Below are positions 37,130 through 50,693 of a DNA stretch of 64,000 nucleotides, in pieces. Below the pieces are notes generated by a model. That model was not told the DNA's origin. It saw nothing but the letters and a program-made list of their open reading frames with translations, and did not search any database. The translations under genes and the position numbers were made by a program. Within the stretch, counting starts at the first letter, position 1. Every line of letters starts with the position of its first letter. The DNA lies in NCBI RefSeq assembly GCF_963921235.1, contig NC_086097.1, forward strand, positions 99,202,001 through 99,266,000, given 5' to 3'. The stretch comes from Mobula hypostoma (taxonomy: Eukaryota).

Positions 37130-38830
37130 AGTCTCTCAACTACACAACTAGGTAGTTTGTTCCATGTGTCCACAACTCACTGTGTAAAGAAATGCTTCCT
37201 GATGTTAGTCTGAAATCTCCTTTTAACCAGTCTCCACCTAAGGCCCCATGTCCTCATTGATGGATTAATTTTTGAGTAGCAGCTGGCATCCACTTTACTT
37301 ATACCCCTAATGATTTTGAATCATATCTCCTCTCATTCTACGTCTACTTAGGCTAAAAAGATTTAATTCTTTCAAACTTTCTTCATAGTTCATACCCTGC
37401 AGACCTGGAATAAGTCTCGACGCCCTTCCCTAGAGTCTCTCCAGTGCCTTCACACCCCTCACACAATATGGAGGCCAAAATTGTACAGAGTACTCAAGGA
37501 ATGGCCTCAGAAGCACATTATACAGCTCAAGGAGAATGCCTCCAGACTTGAACTCCACGGAGCGCGTTGTATAGCCCAACATTCTATTAGCCTTCCTAAT
37601 CGCTTCTGTGCATTGTCTAGATGTTGATAGTGATGAGTCTACCAGGATACCCAATTCCTTCTCATACAGTGCACTTTCTAACTCAAGACCCGCCCCATTG
37701 TATATTTATGTCTAATATTTCTACATCCTACATGTAATACTTTTCATTTACTTACATTAAATTTCATCTGCCATTTATCTGCCCACATCTGGATTTTATT
37801 TCGATCTAACTGCATTGATTTGGCTACCTGAATATTATCAGCCTGTCTCCCTAATTTTGTGTCATCAGCAAACTTTGCTAGTTCATTTGTTATGTGTTAT
37901 CCAAATCATTAATGTAAATTAAAAACGGCAGCGGCCCCAAAACAGACCCCCGCGGAACCTCACTTTTAACATCTTCTAGGTGTGAAAATGATCCTCTCAC
38001 CATAACTTGCTTTCTGTTTTTGAGCCAATTCTGTACCCATATGCACACCCTACCCTAAATCCCTACCTCTTGTAATTTGATTATTCATCTCTCCCGGAGA
38101 ACCTTGTCAAAAGCCTTCTGAAAGTCTAAGTAAATAATATCAACCACTCTATTGTCATCATAAATTTTAGTTGCCCCTTCATGGAACTCCAGCATATTAG
38201 TAAAACATTATCTCCCCTTTCTGAACCTATGCTGGCTTTCTGTTAACGTGCCTGTTCTTATCAGCTGCTTTTCCTTCTCATTCTTTATTATTGTTTCCCT
38301 GGATTGGGGAGCATGCCTTATGAGAATATGTTGAGTGAACTCGGCCTTTTCTCCTTGGAGCAACAGAGGATGAGAGGTGGCCTGATAGAGGTGTATAAGA
38401 TGATGAGAGGCATTGATCGTGTGGATAGCCAGAGGCTTTTTCCCGGGGCTGAAATGGCTAGCATGAGAGGGCATAGTTTTAAGGTGCTTAGAAGTAGGTA
38501 CAGAGGAGATATCAGGAGTAAGTTTTTTTACGCCGAGAGTGGAGAGTGTGTGGAATGGGCTGCCAACGGCGGTGGTGGAGGCGGAAATGATAGGGTTTTT
38601 TAAGAGACTCCTGGATAGGTACATGGAGCTTAGAAAAATAGAGGGCTATCGGTAAGTCTAGGTCGTCCTAAGGTAAGGACATGTTCGACACAGCTTTGTG
38701 GGCTGAAGAGCCTGTATTGTGCTGTAGTTTTTCTATGTTTCTATGTTTCTATCTTACCTACGATACACGTTAAACTTATTGGTCTACAGTTACCAGTGTC
38801 AGTGTGATCACCCTTATATACCAGGACAAT
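37130..38830 (-). mobile_element. Older CR1 LINE with an opposite-strand CR1 3' fragment nested at ~38300-38751
   Basis: Minus-strand RQCTEAIRKANRMLG...LEYSVQFWPP and RT DFQKAFDKV region; plus-strand MPYENMLSELGLFSLE... ending in (TTTCTATG)n. Confidence 0.8.
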
Positions 38831-39509
38831 GTTAACCCATTTCCAGTCATTAGGAATATAAAACTTCTGCCTCTCTCCACTGCTAATTCCCTAATGTTTA
38901 CCCTCCTTCCCTTTCTTAAAGTCAAAAATTATCTCTTAACATCCAGTGCGAGGTTGTTTTTGCAGCACCACTCTCATTCTGTTGAGCCAATTCATTGACA
39001 AAAGTTTCAAAGGTGAATTTGAAGGTGGCATTGGAGCCGTGCTTAGCAGTACAGAAGTGTTCTGAGAATGTAGAGCTGGGGGGTTCTAAGTTGCCCCCAT
39101 GTCAGCGCGAAGGAGATGTTGTTACCAACCCTCACTAACCGAGGTCTGTCGATGAACAAGTCAAGTATTCAGCGGCAGAGGGAGATACAGAGGTCCAGAT
39201 CATGAAGATTGATGATAAGCTTGGGTGGGATAATTGTGTTGAACACTGAGCTGTAGTCAATGAACAGCAGCCGGACTTAAGAGTTTCTGTTGTCCAGATA
39301 GTCCAGAGTGGAGTGAACAGCCACAGAAGAATTGCATCTGCAGTTAACCTGTTGTGGTGGGAGACAAACTGGAGCAGATCAGATCATTTCTGAGGCAAGG
39401 GTTGATACGTGTATAACCAGCCTCTCAAAGCTCTTCACTGCAATTGATATGACATCTAACCTAACTAAGCACAGATTAGATGGGAAGAGATAAATTGGGT
39501 TTTTTTTTA

Positions 39510-40195
39510 GATTATGAGAACACTCAGTCCTCTTTTATTGTCATTTAGAAATGTATACATGCATTAAGAAATGATACAATGTTTCTCCAGAGTGATATCA
39601 CAGAAAAACAGGACAAACCAAAGACTAACACTGACAGAACCACATAATTATAACATATAGTTACAGCAGTACAAAGCAATACCATAATTTGATGAAGAAC
39701 AAACCATGGGCACGGTAAAAAAAAAGTCTCAAAGTCTCCAAGTCGATCGACTCCCGAGTCCCTGGTAGCAGGTGGCAAAAGGGAGAAACTCCCTGCCATA
39801 ATCCTCCAGGCACCATCAACTTGCCTATGCCTCGGAAGCAGCTGACCACAGCCGACACTGAGTCCGTCCATCTGAAAACTTCGAGCCTCCGACCAGCCCC
39901 TCCGATACAGCCTCCTGAGCGCCATCCTCTGCCGAGCGCCTTTGACCTCATCCTGGCCACTGAAACAAGCAAAGCCGAGGATTCTGGGCCTTCTGCTCCG
40001 GAGATTCTGGTTACCACACAGTAGCAGCGGCAGGGAAGTGGACATTTTAGAAGTTTCTCCAGATGTTCCTCTGTACTCTCATGTCTGTCTCCATCAAATC
40101 AGAATTGTGCACGGTCCCCTACTTGACAGATTACAGATATCATTCACCAGAGAGGCCACACGCGCTGTGTCGCACTGCCATCTTCTCCTCCTCCT
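39510..40195 (-). mobile_element. Non-autonomous retroposon (AAGATGGC 5' end, CAATAAA 3' end; Rex1/Babar-type ends)
   Basis: Minus strand begins ggagaagatggcagtgcg and ends aaatgacaataaaagagg; no recognisable protein. Confidence 0.45.
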
Positions 40196-40704
40196 GCTTT
40201 TAAGCAGGAACCTAAAAAGATGGGCAGGGGTGTTTGGAAATGCAATACCAGAGATCAGGGTCTGCACAGCAGGAGGCATGACTTCCAAGGATGGGCTGAG
40301 GCAAAAAGTTTGTGAACGGACAGAGAGTGCAAGAGTTTACACTGAAAGAGAGGCAGGGCCAATGTGAGGATTTGGACAAGATGGCAAGACTGCCACTAAT
40401 GCTTTCTACAGATTCTTGTAGAAGAATTCCTTTGTAATCTGTGCACATAAAATATTATTCAAAAACTATTTGAAATATTTGAGATGATATTTTTCCAGTA
40501 TTTTTAATTTGTTACTGGAACACGACTAATGATAATGGTACAGAGATTTGGTTACTAACTATCAAGAGGCATAAATTTAAATCACCCAAAGGTAGTTGGG
40601 GAATTGGAATGTAGCTAATTAAATAAACCAGATTAGAAAGTTCATATTGGTAATAATGATTGTGAATTTATGGTGCCTTCCCTGTCATAAATGACAGAAT
40701 ATTC

Positions 40705-42135
40705 CGGAAGGCACCCAGGTCGGGTACTCAGGATGTGCACGGCACAACTGGCTGGTGTGTTTACAGACATTTTTAATCTCTCCCTCTCCCAATGTAGAGT
40801 GCCCTCTTGCTTCAAAACATTCACCATTGTTCCTGTACCTAAACAGACCAAGGTAACACGTCTGTACGACTGGTATCCTCTTGCACTCATCTCAATAATA
40901 AGCAAATGCTTCGAGAGATTGGTCAAAAACTTCATCTGCAGCATGCTACCACCTACACTGAATCCCCTACAATTCGTCTACCAACACAACCGATCGACAG
41001 ATGACGCAATAGCCACAGCTCTACACACCATCCTTACACACCTGGAGAAGAAGGATGCTTATGTGAGAATACTGTTCTTGGACTACAGTTCAGTATTCAA
41101 CACCATAATTCCCTCCAGGCTCGACAAGAAGCTCAGAGACCTCAGCCTTGACCCTGTCTTGTGTAGCTGGATCTTGGACTTGCTGTCAGATCGCCAGCAG
41201 GTGGTAAGAGTGGGCTCCCTCACCGCCACCCCTCTGACGCTCAACACAGGTGTCCCTCAGGGCTGTGTCCTAAGCCCCTCTCCTTTACCCATGTCTGTAA
41301 CGCCACCCACAGTTCCAATCTGCTAATGAAATTTGTTGACATCACTACACTGATTGGCCCAATCTCAGATAATAACAAGGCAGCCTACAGAGAAGTCATC
41401 ACCCTGACACAGTGGTGTCAAGAAAACAACCTCTCCATCAATGTCACAAAAACAAAGGAGCTGATTGTGGAATACAGGAGGAATGAAGATAGGTTAACCT
41501 CTGTTGACATCAATGGATCTGGGGTTGAGAGGGTGAACAACTTTAAGCTCCTTGGTATACACATCACTACGGATCTCACATGGTCTATATGCACCAGCTG
41601 TGGGGTGAAAAAGGCACAACGACACCCCTTTCACCTCAGCTGGTTGAAGAAGTTTGGTATGAGCCCCCAAATCCTAAGAACTTTCTACAGGGGCACAATT
41701 GAGAGCATACTGACTGGCTACATCACTGCCTGGTATGGGAACTGTTCCTCCCTTAATCACACAACTCTACAGAGAGTGGTGCGGACAGCCCAGCGCATCT
41801 GTAGATGTGAACTTCCCACTATTCAGGACATTTACAAAGGCAGGATCATTGGGGTCCCGCGTCACCCCAACCACAAACTGTCCTAGCTTTTACCATCCAG
41901 GAAACGGTAACACAGCATAAAAGCCAGGTCCAACAGGCTTCGGGACAACTTCTTCCACCAGGCCAATAGACTGATTAATTCATGCTGATACAATTTATAT
42001 TGACTGTCCTATTGTACATGTTATTTATTAAAAATTACCATAAATTTCACGTTGCACATTTAGACAGAGACGTAACATGAAGATGTTTACTCCTCGTGTA
42101 TATGAAGGATTTAAGTAATATAGTCAGTTCAATTC
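40705..42135 (+). mobile_element. Rex1/Babar LINE (RT domain to 3' UTR), 5'-truncated, frameshifted
   Basis: [14 protein letters not shown]...IVPVPKQ...KCFERLV...RSTDDAI...[12 protein letters not shown]...[22 protein letters not shown]. Confidence 0.85.
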
Positions 42136-42181
42136 ATTTCTTTAATAATGGGGATGTGTAAAAGGTGTTTGTAGACTGTAT

Positions 42182-42990
42182 TGTCACATACCTCGTGACG
42201 GGAATAAAGAACCAGCGGAGATGGAAAACACTTTGGAGTCCAGTATTGCTATTAACTAATGGTATTTATTTGTAACTATGCAATACAGTAATATAAATGC
42301 AGATAAATCAAACAGGTTAGCAATGATTATATATAAGTAAGTGTGGAAATATATGAAAACCAAGCTTCTTCAAGTCTAGGGTAAATAGATAGTCTTACGA
42401 TGATGAGTAAAGTTCAGTTCAGTTCGTGGTATTGAGTTGAGTAGTGATAGAGGGAGAGAGGGAGAGATTTGAGTCTTCGGGTGAGCTGACACCGTTGATC
42501 TTCCCGTTGTCCTCCAAAATCCTTTAGAAGTCACTGACTGTGACCACAACAAAGGGGACCGTTCTCTGTGGTGAAATTATCAACCCAGGCGAGGGTTGGA
42601 CACACAAATAACTCCCCACCGGTCACGTCCTGTTCACACTGCAAGAGCCACTGATTGATCTACCTGGTCGATCCTCCAAAACCCACTTTTTCTGTGGGCG
42701 CAACAAAGCTCATTCAGTGTCCAAAACCATATGTCTGTAGGTCTAACAGCTGACCTTCTATTTATCTCCCCGTGCTGAACACCAACTGTCCATCAAGTAG
42801 TTCCTCCCTTCTCTCTCTGTAAGAACACAGAAGCTGCCAGTGTCCTTGTAGAAAGTGTAAACAAACTGTGAGTAGTCTTTGCCTCTCTCTCTCTCTCTCT
42901 CTCTTTAACAAGGTGTCTGTGTTCCACAACTCTCTCCTCTCTCTCTTTTCAAAAGCGCAGTTCATAGGAGTAATTCAGGACCCCGTCACA
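42182..42990 (-). mobile_element. Solo LTR related to the 3693-8060 element family
   Basis: TG...CA ends with 4-bp TSD GTAT; shared motifs aaccagc.ga.atgga, gtctagg(g)gtaaat, aaagttcagttca and acccaggc.aggg. Confidence 0.85.
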
Positions 42991-45812
42991 GTATTTAAAG
43001 TGGATACTTCTGTTTATTTTGCAATATGATTGTAACTCCATTGTGGGGTGCATTGTGTTCTTGTTCTTATGTAGCTTTAAGTTAACTTTAGATGGTATGT
43101 CCTGATGCCTATGAAAGGAGCTCATTACCCTTAGTATAAGGAAGAGATAGAGGCAGCCTGAAGTTCACACTGGACAATAATAAGTACGGAGCAATTATTG
43201 TGTTTTCTTACAGATATCTTTTTGTAAATATTAGCATTTTCACTACTTTCACTAATTTTTGTAATAAACACCCTTGCTCTAAAGTGCTAAGTGACTCCAG
43301 CCATTATTCTCTGGTAAAGTTAAAGGTCACATCCCATGTTTTTAACATATGGTGTCGCAAGTGGGATGGTCAGTCACAAAGAGGGTGCATTCAACTCGGG
43401 AGAGTGGGATTGCGGTCTCTACTGCCGATGAATTTGACCAGAGCAGAAGTCCAAAGAGGAGGTTGGTGAGGCCATTGTTCTGGAGTTGTTGCTGCGGGTT
43501 CTTCCTCCAGACACCAGGACATGGGTCCGAGAGCACGAGCCAGTGGGTGGACTCGCTCGGCCCAGCTCTTGCCCTGCAGCTGATCAAGGCCCACAAGAGG
43601 GTGCCATCGAAGCCATCATTCCAAAGCAGCTGACTCTAACCCTCCATGGGACTCTCAGGGTAACTCCACAGAATTGGGGCGTGAGAGAAACGAGGGCAAA
43701 GATAGGTTGTTCTAAGACTTTTATTTGCTACCGTTGTCATCAGCCATGTCCTATGTACCATAAGTATCCTCTCAAGAAGCCCAAATTGTCAGGTATGTGC
43801 TGCGTATCGTATCAAGAGAGGGAGAATGTGATAATGATGATGATGATGATAATAACTGCAATGATTGTGAGTGTGGGAATGAAAAACAAGCAGAACGTGA
43901 AGAGAAAGAGACTATGAAAGTTAATGGAAAGCCCTGTAAAGCTCTTTTAGATTCTGGTAGCTAACTACCATTAATTAAAAAAAGTTTTGCCCCTGCCTTT
44001 GGTGTTCACTACAGTGACCAAACACCTGTCTAGTGTGTCTATGGTGACTGGAAGTCTGAGCCAATGGCAGACCTCACTACTGAACTGGATGACCACAAGC
44101 ATTTGATGAAAGTGGGGGTGCTGGAGTAACTACCAGTTGACATGATTCTGGGGAGAGATTGTGTTACATGAGTTACTGAGGAAGGGAAATGGTCAGTCAC
44201 ATCCATGAGTATACAGAGTTGTCTCTCATTTTGTCATGACTCATGCTAAAACCAAATCAATGCCCGGGTTACAACCTCTGCTTTTCTTGGATGGTAGTCT
44301 GCATGAGGGAGGAACCAAAAGGCCAAGAATGTCACACCAGCAACATGCCATTCTCCTGACTCTGTTGATATTTAAGACCATAAGATCATAAGATATAGGA
44401 GCAGAATTAGGCCATTTGGCCCGTCAAGTCTACACCATTTCATCCAATTTTCTTCTCAGCTCCAATCCCCTGCCATCTCCCTGTGTCCCTTTGTGCCCTG
44501 ACCATCCATCTTTGTACAGATGATGTCCCCATTGAGGATGATATTGAGAGGGTGTTAAATGGATGTGCCACAGGACATTGTCACACTTCAAAGTTTGTAT
44601 CCTTCTTTGAAAGCTCTATGAAAACGTTTCAGCTGGGGATAACCACACTACGTACTCAGGAGGCTCAGCTTTTAGCATTCCACACCCAGGTAAAGATTCA
44701 GACAGTAGAAATTTGGTGGTGCCAGGTGACTGCAGGACATTGGCACTCCATCTGGCAGACACAATACCATTGGCAAGACACCTTGGGTGACATAAAACTT
44801 ACCTAGCATTAGGTAGTTGATTTTTCTGGCCTTCCATGTACACTGACATGCAAACATATTACAGCACGTGTACAGAGTGTCAAAGGAAACAGTGCTCTCC
44901 GTAAATCTAACCCAGTTCCCCTGCAGTCCGTGCCAATAATTACCACACCATTCAGGCGCTTTGCAATGGACATTGTTGGTCCATTGGACAAGAGCAGCTC
45001 AGGGTACCAATGCATACTGGTAGTGGATGATATTGCAACCCAGTTTCCTAAGGCATTCCCTCTTTGCCTTCTTACCACACCAAAGCTAATCAGTACCCTT
45101 GTCCAGCTCTTTTCTTGTGTTGGTATTTCTGAGGAGATCCTTGCTGACCAAGGAACAAACTTCACCTTATGACTGACGGCTCAGCTGCATGAAGAGCTGG
45201 GGATCTTGTCAATAGAACTCAGAGACAGATGGCCTGGTTGACACGTTCAATCAAACATTGAAGCACAGGTTAAGGAAATTGGTATCTGACACTGGGAAAG
45301 ATTAGATTCTTCTTTTTACATATTAAAATCCACGAGAAGACATGGTATGACCAGCAGGTCAGCCAGAGAGAATTTGAATCAGGGCAGAAGGTCCTGCTAC
45401 TCCTACCATCATCCCCTAGTAAGCTCGTTGCTAAGTGGCAAGTCCATTTACAGTAGTGAGAATGATGAGCCCAACTACTTATGATGTCCTGCACTCAGAG
45501 GAGGGGAAAGTGTGTCCAACCTATCACATTAATCTCTTAAAGGCTTGGAAGGAGAGAAGGGTTCCTACCAACAACACATCTCTCCTGGTCTGCCAGATTG
45601 CAGAGCAGGATGACTCAGAAGGTGTTGTGAAGGCCTGGAGGGGGCCTGGGAAGGTTGACCTTTCCCATCTCAATGGCCACCAATCAGTGAAGCTGCAGAT
45701 GGTGTTAGCTAACTTTCCACAGTTGTTTCAGCAGAGACCAGGGCTGACAAAGGTCCTAAAACAGTCCATCAGGACCAGAACAGACCAAGGTTCAGTGCGC
45801 CAACAATGCCAC

Positions 45813-46790
45813 TATCATGTTCCGGTCCGTGAAGATGGCATTCTGGTTCACAGTCCGGTCCGTGGACTCAGGACTCCGGGTCTTCCAGCTGTCTCTTGTT
45901 TAAGTTAATCATTGGCCCCTGATTCCCATCTTTGGGCTTGCAATATAAGTAGCCTTGGGATTGAGTGAGGGCTGCTGGTTTGTCTTGTCAGTCTCCCTTG
46001 GAGCAACCTGCTGATGGAAGGCTAGTGAAACCATTTATGATCTCTAGGCCTGGTTGGAGGACCACTGCTTCATGGAGCCTTGTTGCCACTCGTAGGAGTG
46101 GTCTTTGCGGTATGGATTCAGCTGTTTCCTGGGCCCAGCTGAGTGGCTGCCAGCCACTGCAAGTTAGGTAGGGATCTGGCTGTTTCCGTAGCCAGCTGAG
46201 GTTACTGGCTGAACTGAGACTTGGAGCTTCCCCGGAGCAGAGATGGAACTGTCTGTAGTTCTTTGGTGTTTGTCTCTTCTTGTCCTCGCCTCTGTGGGGT
46301 AAGCCAGGCCGTTTTGCTGTTGCTCTGCGGGGGGACCTGTCTTGTCCTTGCCTCTATTGGGTAAGTCTGGCCATTCTGCTGTTACCTGACGGAGAGACCT
46401 GTCCCACCTTGGTGTGGAGATGAAGTTGAGTCCCGGCTTGTCGTAGGATAAGGTCTGGCTCTATGTCTATGTTCTGTCCTGTCTCATGTTTGTGGTTGTA
46501 TTAAAGATGAGTCCTGGCTTGTTGAAGGGTAAGTCCTGGCTCTATGTTAATGTTCAGTTCCCAGTTCCAGTCTCCAGTCTCAGCTCCAGTCTCCAAGTTA
46601 TCAGCCCCCGCATTTCAAGACGAAGACCCCAAGCCTCAAGGATCCCATCCAAGCTCCAAGACCCCAAGCCTCGAGGGTCCCAAGCCAAGCTCCAAGACCC
46701 CAAGCCTCGAGGGTCCCAAGCCTAGCTCCAAGACCCCAAGCCTCGAGGATCCCTAGCCAAACTCAAGACCCAAGACCCCAAGCCTCGAGT
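45813..46790 (+). mobile_element. Truncated LTR-like insertion related to 49385-50693
   Basis: Starts t(a)tcatgttccgg (compare tgtcatggtccgg); shares gtcttgtcctcgcctc.gtggggtaag repeats. Confidence 0.6.
46623..46789 (+). repeat. ~36-bp minisatellite, ~4.5 copies
   Basis: Unit aagaccccaagcctcgagggtcccaagccaagctcc, head-to-tail with no spacers. Confidence 0.85.
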
Positions 46791-47214
46791 TCAACTCTTT
46801 GAGAGAAAATGCAGAAAGTTTGAAGTTTCTCCTCATCTCCTTCTACCGTAGGCCACGAACTTATCAATCACCCCTGCTGTGGACCACTTCTGGAGGTCCA
46901 AGGTGCCAACTTCTACAAAGAAGGGATCCGTATGCTCCACAACCGCTGGACTATATGTGTAAATGTAGATGGGAACTATGTTGAAAAATGTATGTGCTAG
47001 GTTTTCTAAAAATGACTCCTTCTATCTTAGGCCATGAATCTATCAATCACCCTTTGTATATCTTTCTCTAAATATTGGCTTTTTACACTATTTTCACTAA
47101 TTTTAAGTTTGATTTTTGATGCACCTCATAAACACCCTTGCACTAAAGTGCTAAGCGATTCCAGCCATTTTTTTTTTCTGGTAAAATTAAGATCATAGCT
47201 CATGTTTTTCACAT

Positions 47215-48040
47215 TCTTACTCAATGTCAACAAGATCAAGAAATTGATTATTTACTTCAGGAGGAGGAAACCAAAGGTCCATGAGCCAGTCCTCATCGGA
47301 GGATTAGAGGAACTTCAAATTCCTCGGTGTTATCATTTCGGAGGACCTGTCCTGTGCCCAGCATGTAAGTGCGGCTATGAAGAAAGCTTTCACTTCCTTA
47401 GGAGTTTGTCTAGATCAGCATGGCATCTAAAACTTTGACAATCTTCCATAAATGTGTAGTGGAGAGTATATTGATTAGTTGTATCACAGCCAAGAAACAC
47501 TAATGCCCTTGAATGAAAAATCCAACAAAAAGTAGTGGATACAGCCTAGTTCATCATGGGTAAAGCCATCTCCATCATTGAGCACATCTATACAAAGCAG
47601 CATCCATTGTCTGGCTCCGTCACCCAGGTCACGTTCTCTTCTCACTGCTGCCATCAGGAAGAAGGTACAGGAGCCTCAGGACTCACACCACCAGGTTCAG
47701 GAACAGTTTTCACTCCTCAACCATCAGGCTGTTAAACCAGAGGGGATAACTTCATTTGCCCCATCATTGAGGAGTTTCCACAACCTATGGACTCACTTTG
47801 AGGGACTTCACCTCATTCTCGATATTGATTTACTACTTTTATTTATTCCTTTTTGTATTTGCACAGTTTGTTGTCTTTTTCACACTGGTTGAATGCCCAA
47901 GTTGGTGCGGTCTTCCATTGATTCTGTTATGGTTATTATTCTATTGTGGAGTTATTGAGTATGCCTGCAAGAAAATGAATCTCAGGGCTGTATATGGTGA
48001 CACATATGAATTTTGATAATAAATTTATTTTGAACTTTGA
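47215..48040 (+). mobile_element. Rex1/Babar-like LINE 3' fragment
   Basis: LNVNKIKKLIIYFRRRK...; ends tttgataataaatttattttgaactttgaa. Confidence 0.75.
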
Positions 48041-49384
48041 ATTGTCATTCGATACCAAATCCTTAAATATACTGAATGAAAGCCTCAAGATGCTTCTGTG
48101 TAGAGAATTTCACAGGTAAACTGTTCTTTGAGTGAAGAAGTTTCTCGTCATCTTAGTCCTAAATGACTTCTTCATAACCTGTGACCTCCTAACTTTGAAC
48201 GTCCCCCACCACAGGGAATAGGTTTGTCTAGTCTGTCCAAGGCTGGGTTTTATGGAATGCCCTCTGATTCCTCTAAACACTAGTGAATACAAGGCAAATC
48301 AACCAATCTCCTTCCATGTCATCCCAGAAATCAGACTGATGGACTAAGCATCAAGATTATCAAGTTGCTGAAATACTTTCCTATTACCTGAAACTTACTG
48401 ACTCACATGAACCAGGATGTTCTAGACTAGGTCCAGGACTACACACTCAACTTTGAAACAGCTGCCACAGACACACAAAAGAGAAATACCACAACTGAAG
48501 GCCCTCCAGCCACTCTAGACACAAGGAGGCTGGAACCTATGCAAAGTACTCATAAAGCGTTTGGTTAAGGAATACATGTAAATTTAGAACTGGTATAAAA
48601 CTGGGTGGCAAGGTGACGCAACTAGCAAAGCCACTGCCTCACAGCACCAGAGGCCCAGGTTCAATCCTAATCTTGTTGTGGAGTTTACTCGACCTCCCTG
48701 GGATGACAGAACTTCCTCCCGCATCCCAAAAATGTGAAGGCTGTTGGTTTATTAGCCATTGTCAGTTGCTCCTTCTGTGTAGGTGAGCAGTAGAATCTGG
48801 GTGGAGAAGGGAGTTAATGAAAATGTCAGCAATATCATCATTACACGCCATGTTGTATGATGTGGGAATCATAATCTCATGACCATGATTGTTCTTGGCA
48901 AATTTTTCTGTAGAAATAGTTTACCATTGCCTTCTTCTGGTTAGGTATCTTCCATCTGTTTTGTGTCTTCTGTCTGTCTTCAGTTTCCCAAATTGTTTCA
49001 AGTATTTTACTGTGAGGATACAGTTTCTGAATGATGCTTTTATCATGTTATTAATGTACATTGTCTGCAGAAGACTATTTTCTCAAATGCACATTTTCCC
49101 CCACATGAAAACAGAGGGCAACTCCCAAATTCATAACTATCCTTTGCCCCAAGACAGCAAGGAACCTCTCCTGTGGTAATCAAAGGCTAAAGACCCATAA
49201 AGTCAAGACAGCATATAAAAATTCTTGGCACGTTTGTAAAGATGAAGACAGATCTTGATACCAGGGAAGACAAACCTTGACTTTGCAATAACTAACATGT
49301 GACTAAAGACTGAGCTGGAATTCAATTATCAGCTGAAGGGTTGCCAAAGTGTCTGAAAATGAAAGCAAACCTTGGACAGGACAG

Positions 49385-50693
49385 TGTCATGGTCCGGATC
49401 AGGGTCCCTTTAAATTTACCTTGTTTATGTTACGATCCGGACCATTGATTCCCTGTTTTCCCGTGTCCCTCAGCTTTGGTGATTAGAGGCAATTAACGCT
49501 CGGCTGAACCGGTAGTTTATAGTCTCCGGCTTTCAGCCGTTCAGCGTGGGAGCATCAGCAAAGTCATCGAAGGTACGGTGTGTCGATGTCATCTGGCCGG
49601 AGCAAGCCTAGTCTCTGCCGAACCGAGTGCCGGTAATTCACTTCTCCTCACTGGAGCAACCCTGTCCAGTTACCTCGCCAAAGCGAGCCTGCAAAGTTTC
49701 CGCACCGAGGTGGGTCAGTCAGTTAACCCGCCGGAGGGAATCAAGAACTGCTGTCTACTGTTCCCGGGCCGAGTCGAGAGCTTGCCACTACCCGGAGGCT
49801 CCAAGTCAAGACCTGGCTCTGGGGGCATTCAAGTACCAAGTCAAGTCCTGGCCCTGGCGGCATTCAAGTACCAAGTCAAGTCCTTTCCCTGGTGGCCTCC
49901 AAGCACCAAGTCAAGTCCTAGCCCTGGCAGTTTCCCAGTTCCGAGTCAAGTCCTGGCCCTGGCGGTCTGTGATTCCTGTCCTACCCCCTTGTCTGAATCC
50001 CTTCGCTGCCTCTCTCACCTCTAGCCCTCGTCTGCAGCCCCCGCCTGCACTTCGGTGTAGTTCCATCGCCGGAGCTAGATAGGTACTGTCTGGTGTTCAT
50101 TCGTTTTGGTCTTGTCCTGTCTTGTCCTCGCCCCTGTGGGGGTAAGTCTGGCCGTCTTGCCATTGTCCTACGGGGAGTCAGGTCTTGTCTTGTCCTCGCC
50201 TCCGTGGGGTAAGACTGGGCATCTTGCCATTGCTCCACAGGGGGTCGTGAGTCCTGGCCTTATGTCCTGTACCCAAGGAGGGGTCCCGACTCTGTGTTCT
50301 GTGTATGTGTCTATGGTTCCATGTACCTGCTCTCCTGAGACCGAGGCTCTGTTTTCCATGTTCCTCCTCTCCCCAGCCCATGTCATGTCCTTGCCTGGTT
50401 CTGGGCTCTGAGCCTGAGGCAAGACCCAGGTTCTGGGGTCCTTGTCCAGTCTCGGGCTCGGAGTTCATATCCTAGGTTCTTCATGTCTCCTCTAGTTCTG
50501 GGAGCCGATTCCGAGTCCTAGCCCAGACCCCTGGTCCCAGCCTAGTCGTAGTCTTGAGTCCTTGTCCAGTTCGCTACTCCTGCTCCTGCCTTGCTCTCCT
50601 GGTATCGAACAATAAACTAAATTTAATTAACCTCACAAGATGTGTCTTGCATTTGGGTCCACCCTTGCTCCCAATGCCCCCGCCAATGTGACA
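49385..50693 (+). mobile_element. Solo LTR (1309 bp) with internal minisatellites
   Basis: TGTCA...TGACA termini, 5-bp TSD GACAG, AATAAA at 50611, tandem caagtcaagtcctggccctggc units at ~49800-49965. Confidence 0.85.

Larger units (their letters stand above)
42155..47213 (+). mobile_element. Old Gmr1-like Gypsy LTR element (PR-IN-RT order) carrying several nested insertions
   Basis: LTR 3' ends match (taaacacccttgc.ctaaagtgctaag...catgttttt.aca, ending at 43347 and 47213). PBS tggtgtcgcaagtgggat (tRNA-Leu-like) at 43350-43367. Protease LLDSG near 43945 and integrase PFRRFAMDIVGPL...DQGTNF precede the RT start. Left boundary is approximate. Confidence 0.75.

Noticed and set aside
39545..40367. 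Overlapping 118-166 aa ORFs as a novel gene
   Set aside because: No recognisable domain or splice structure; they lie in a GC-richer non-autonomous retroposon.
46623..46789. 36-bp repeats as a CRISPR array
   Set aside because: Units are head-to-tail with no unique spacers, there are no cas genes, and the array lies in an LTR-like element in vertebrate DNA. It is a minisatellite.
49578..50468. Multiple 85-151 aa ORFs with repetitive peptides
   Set aside because: Products of minisatellites inside a solo LTR.
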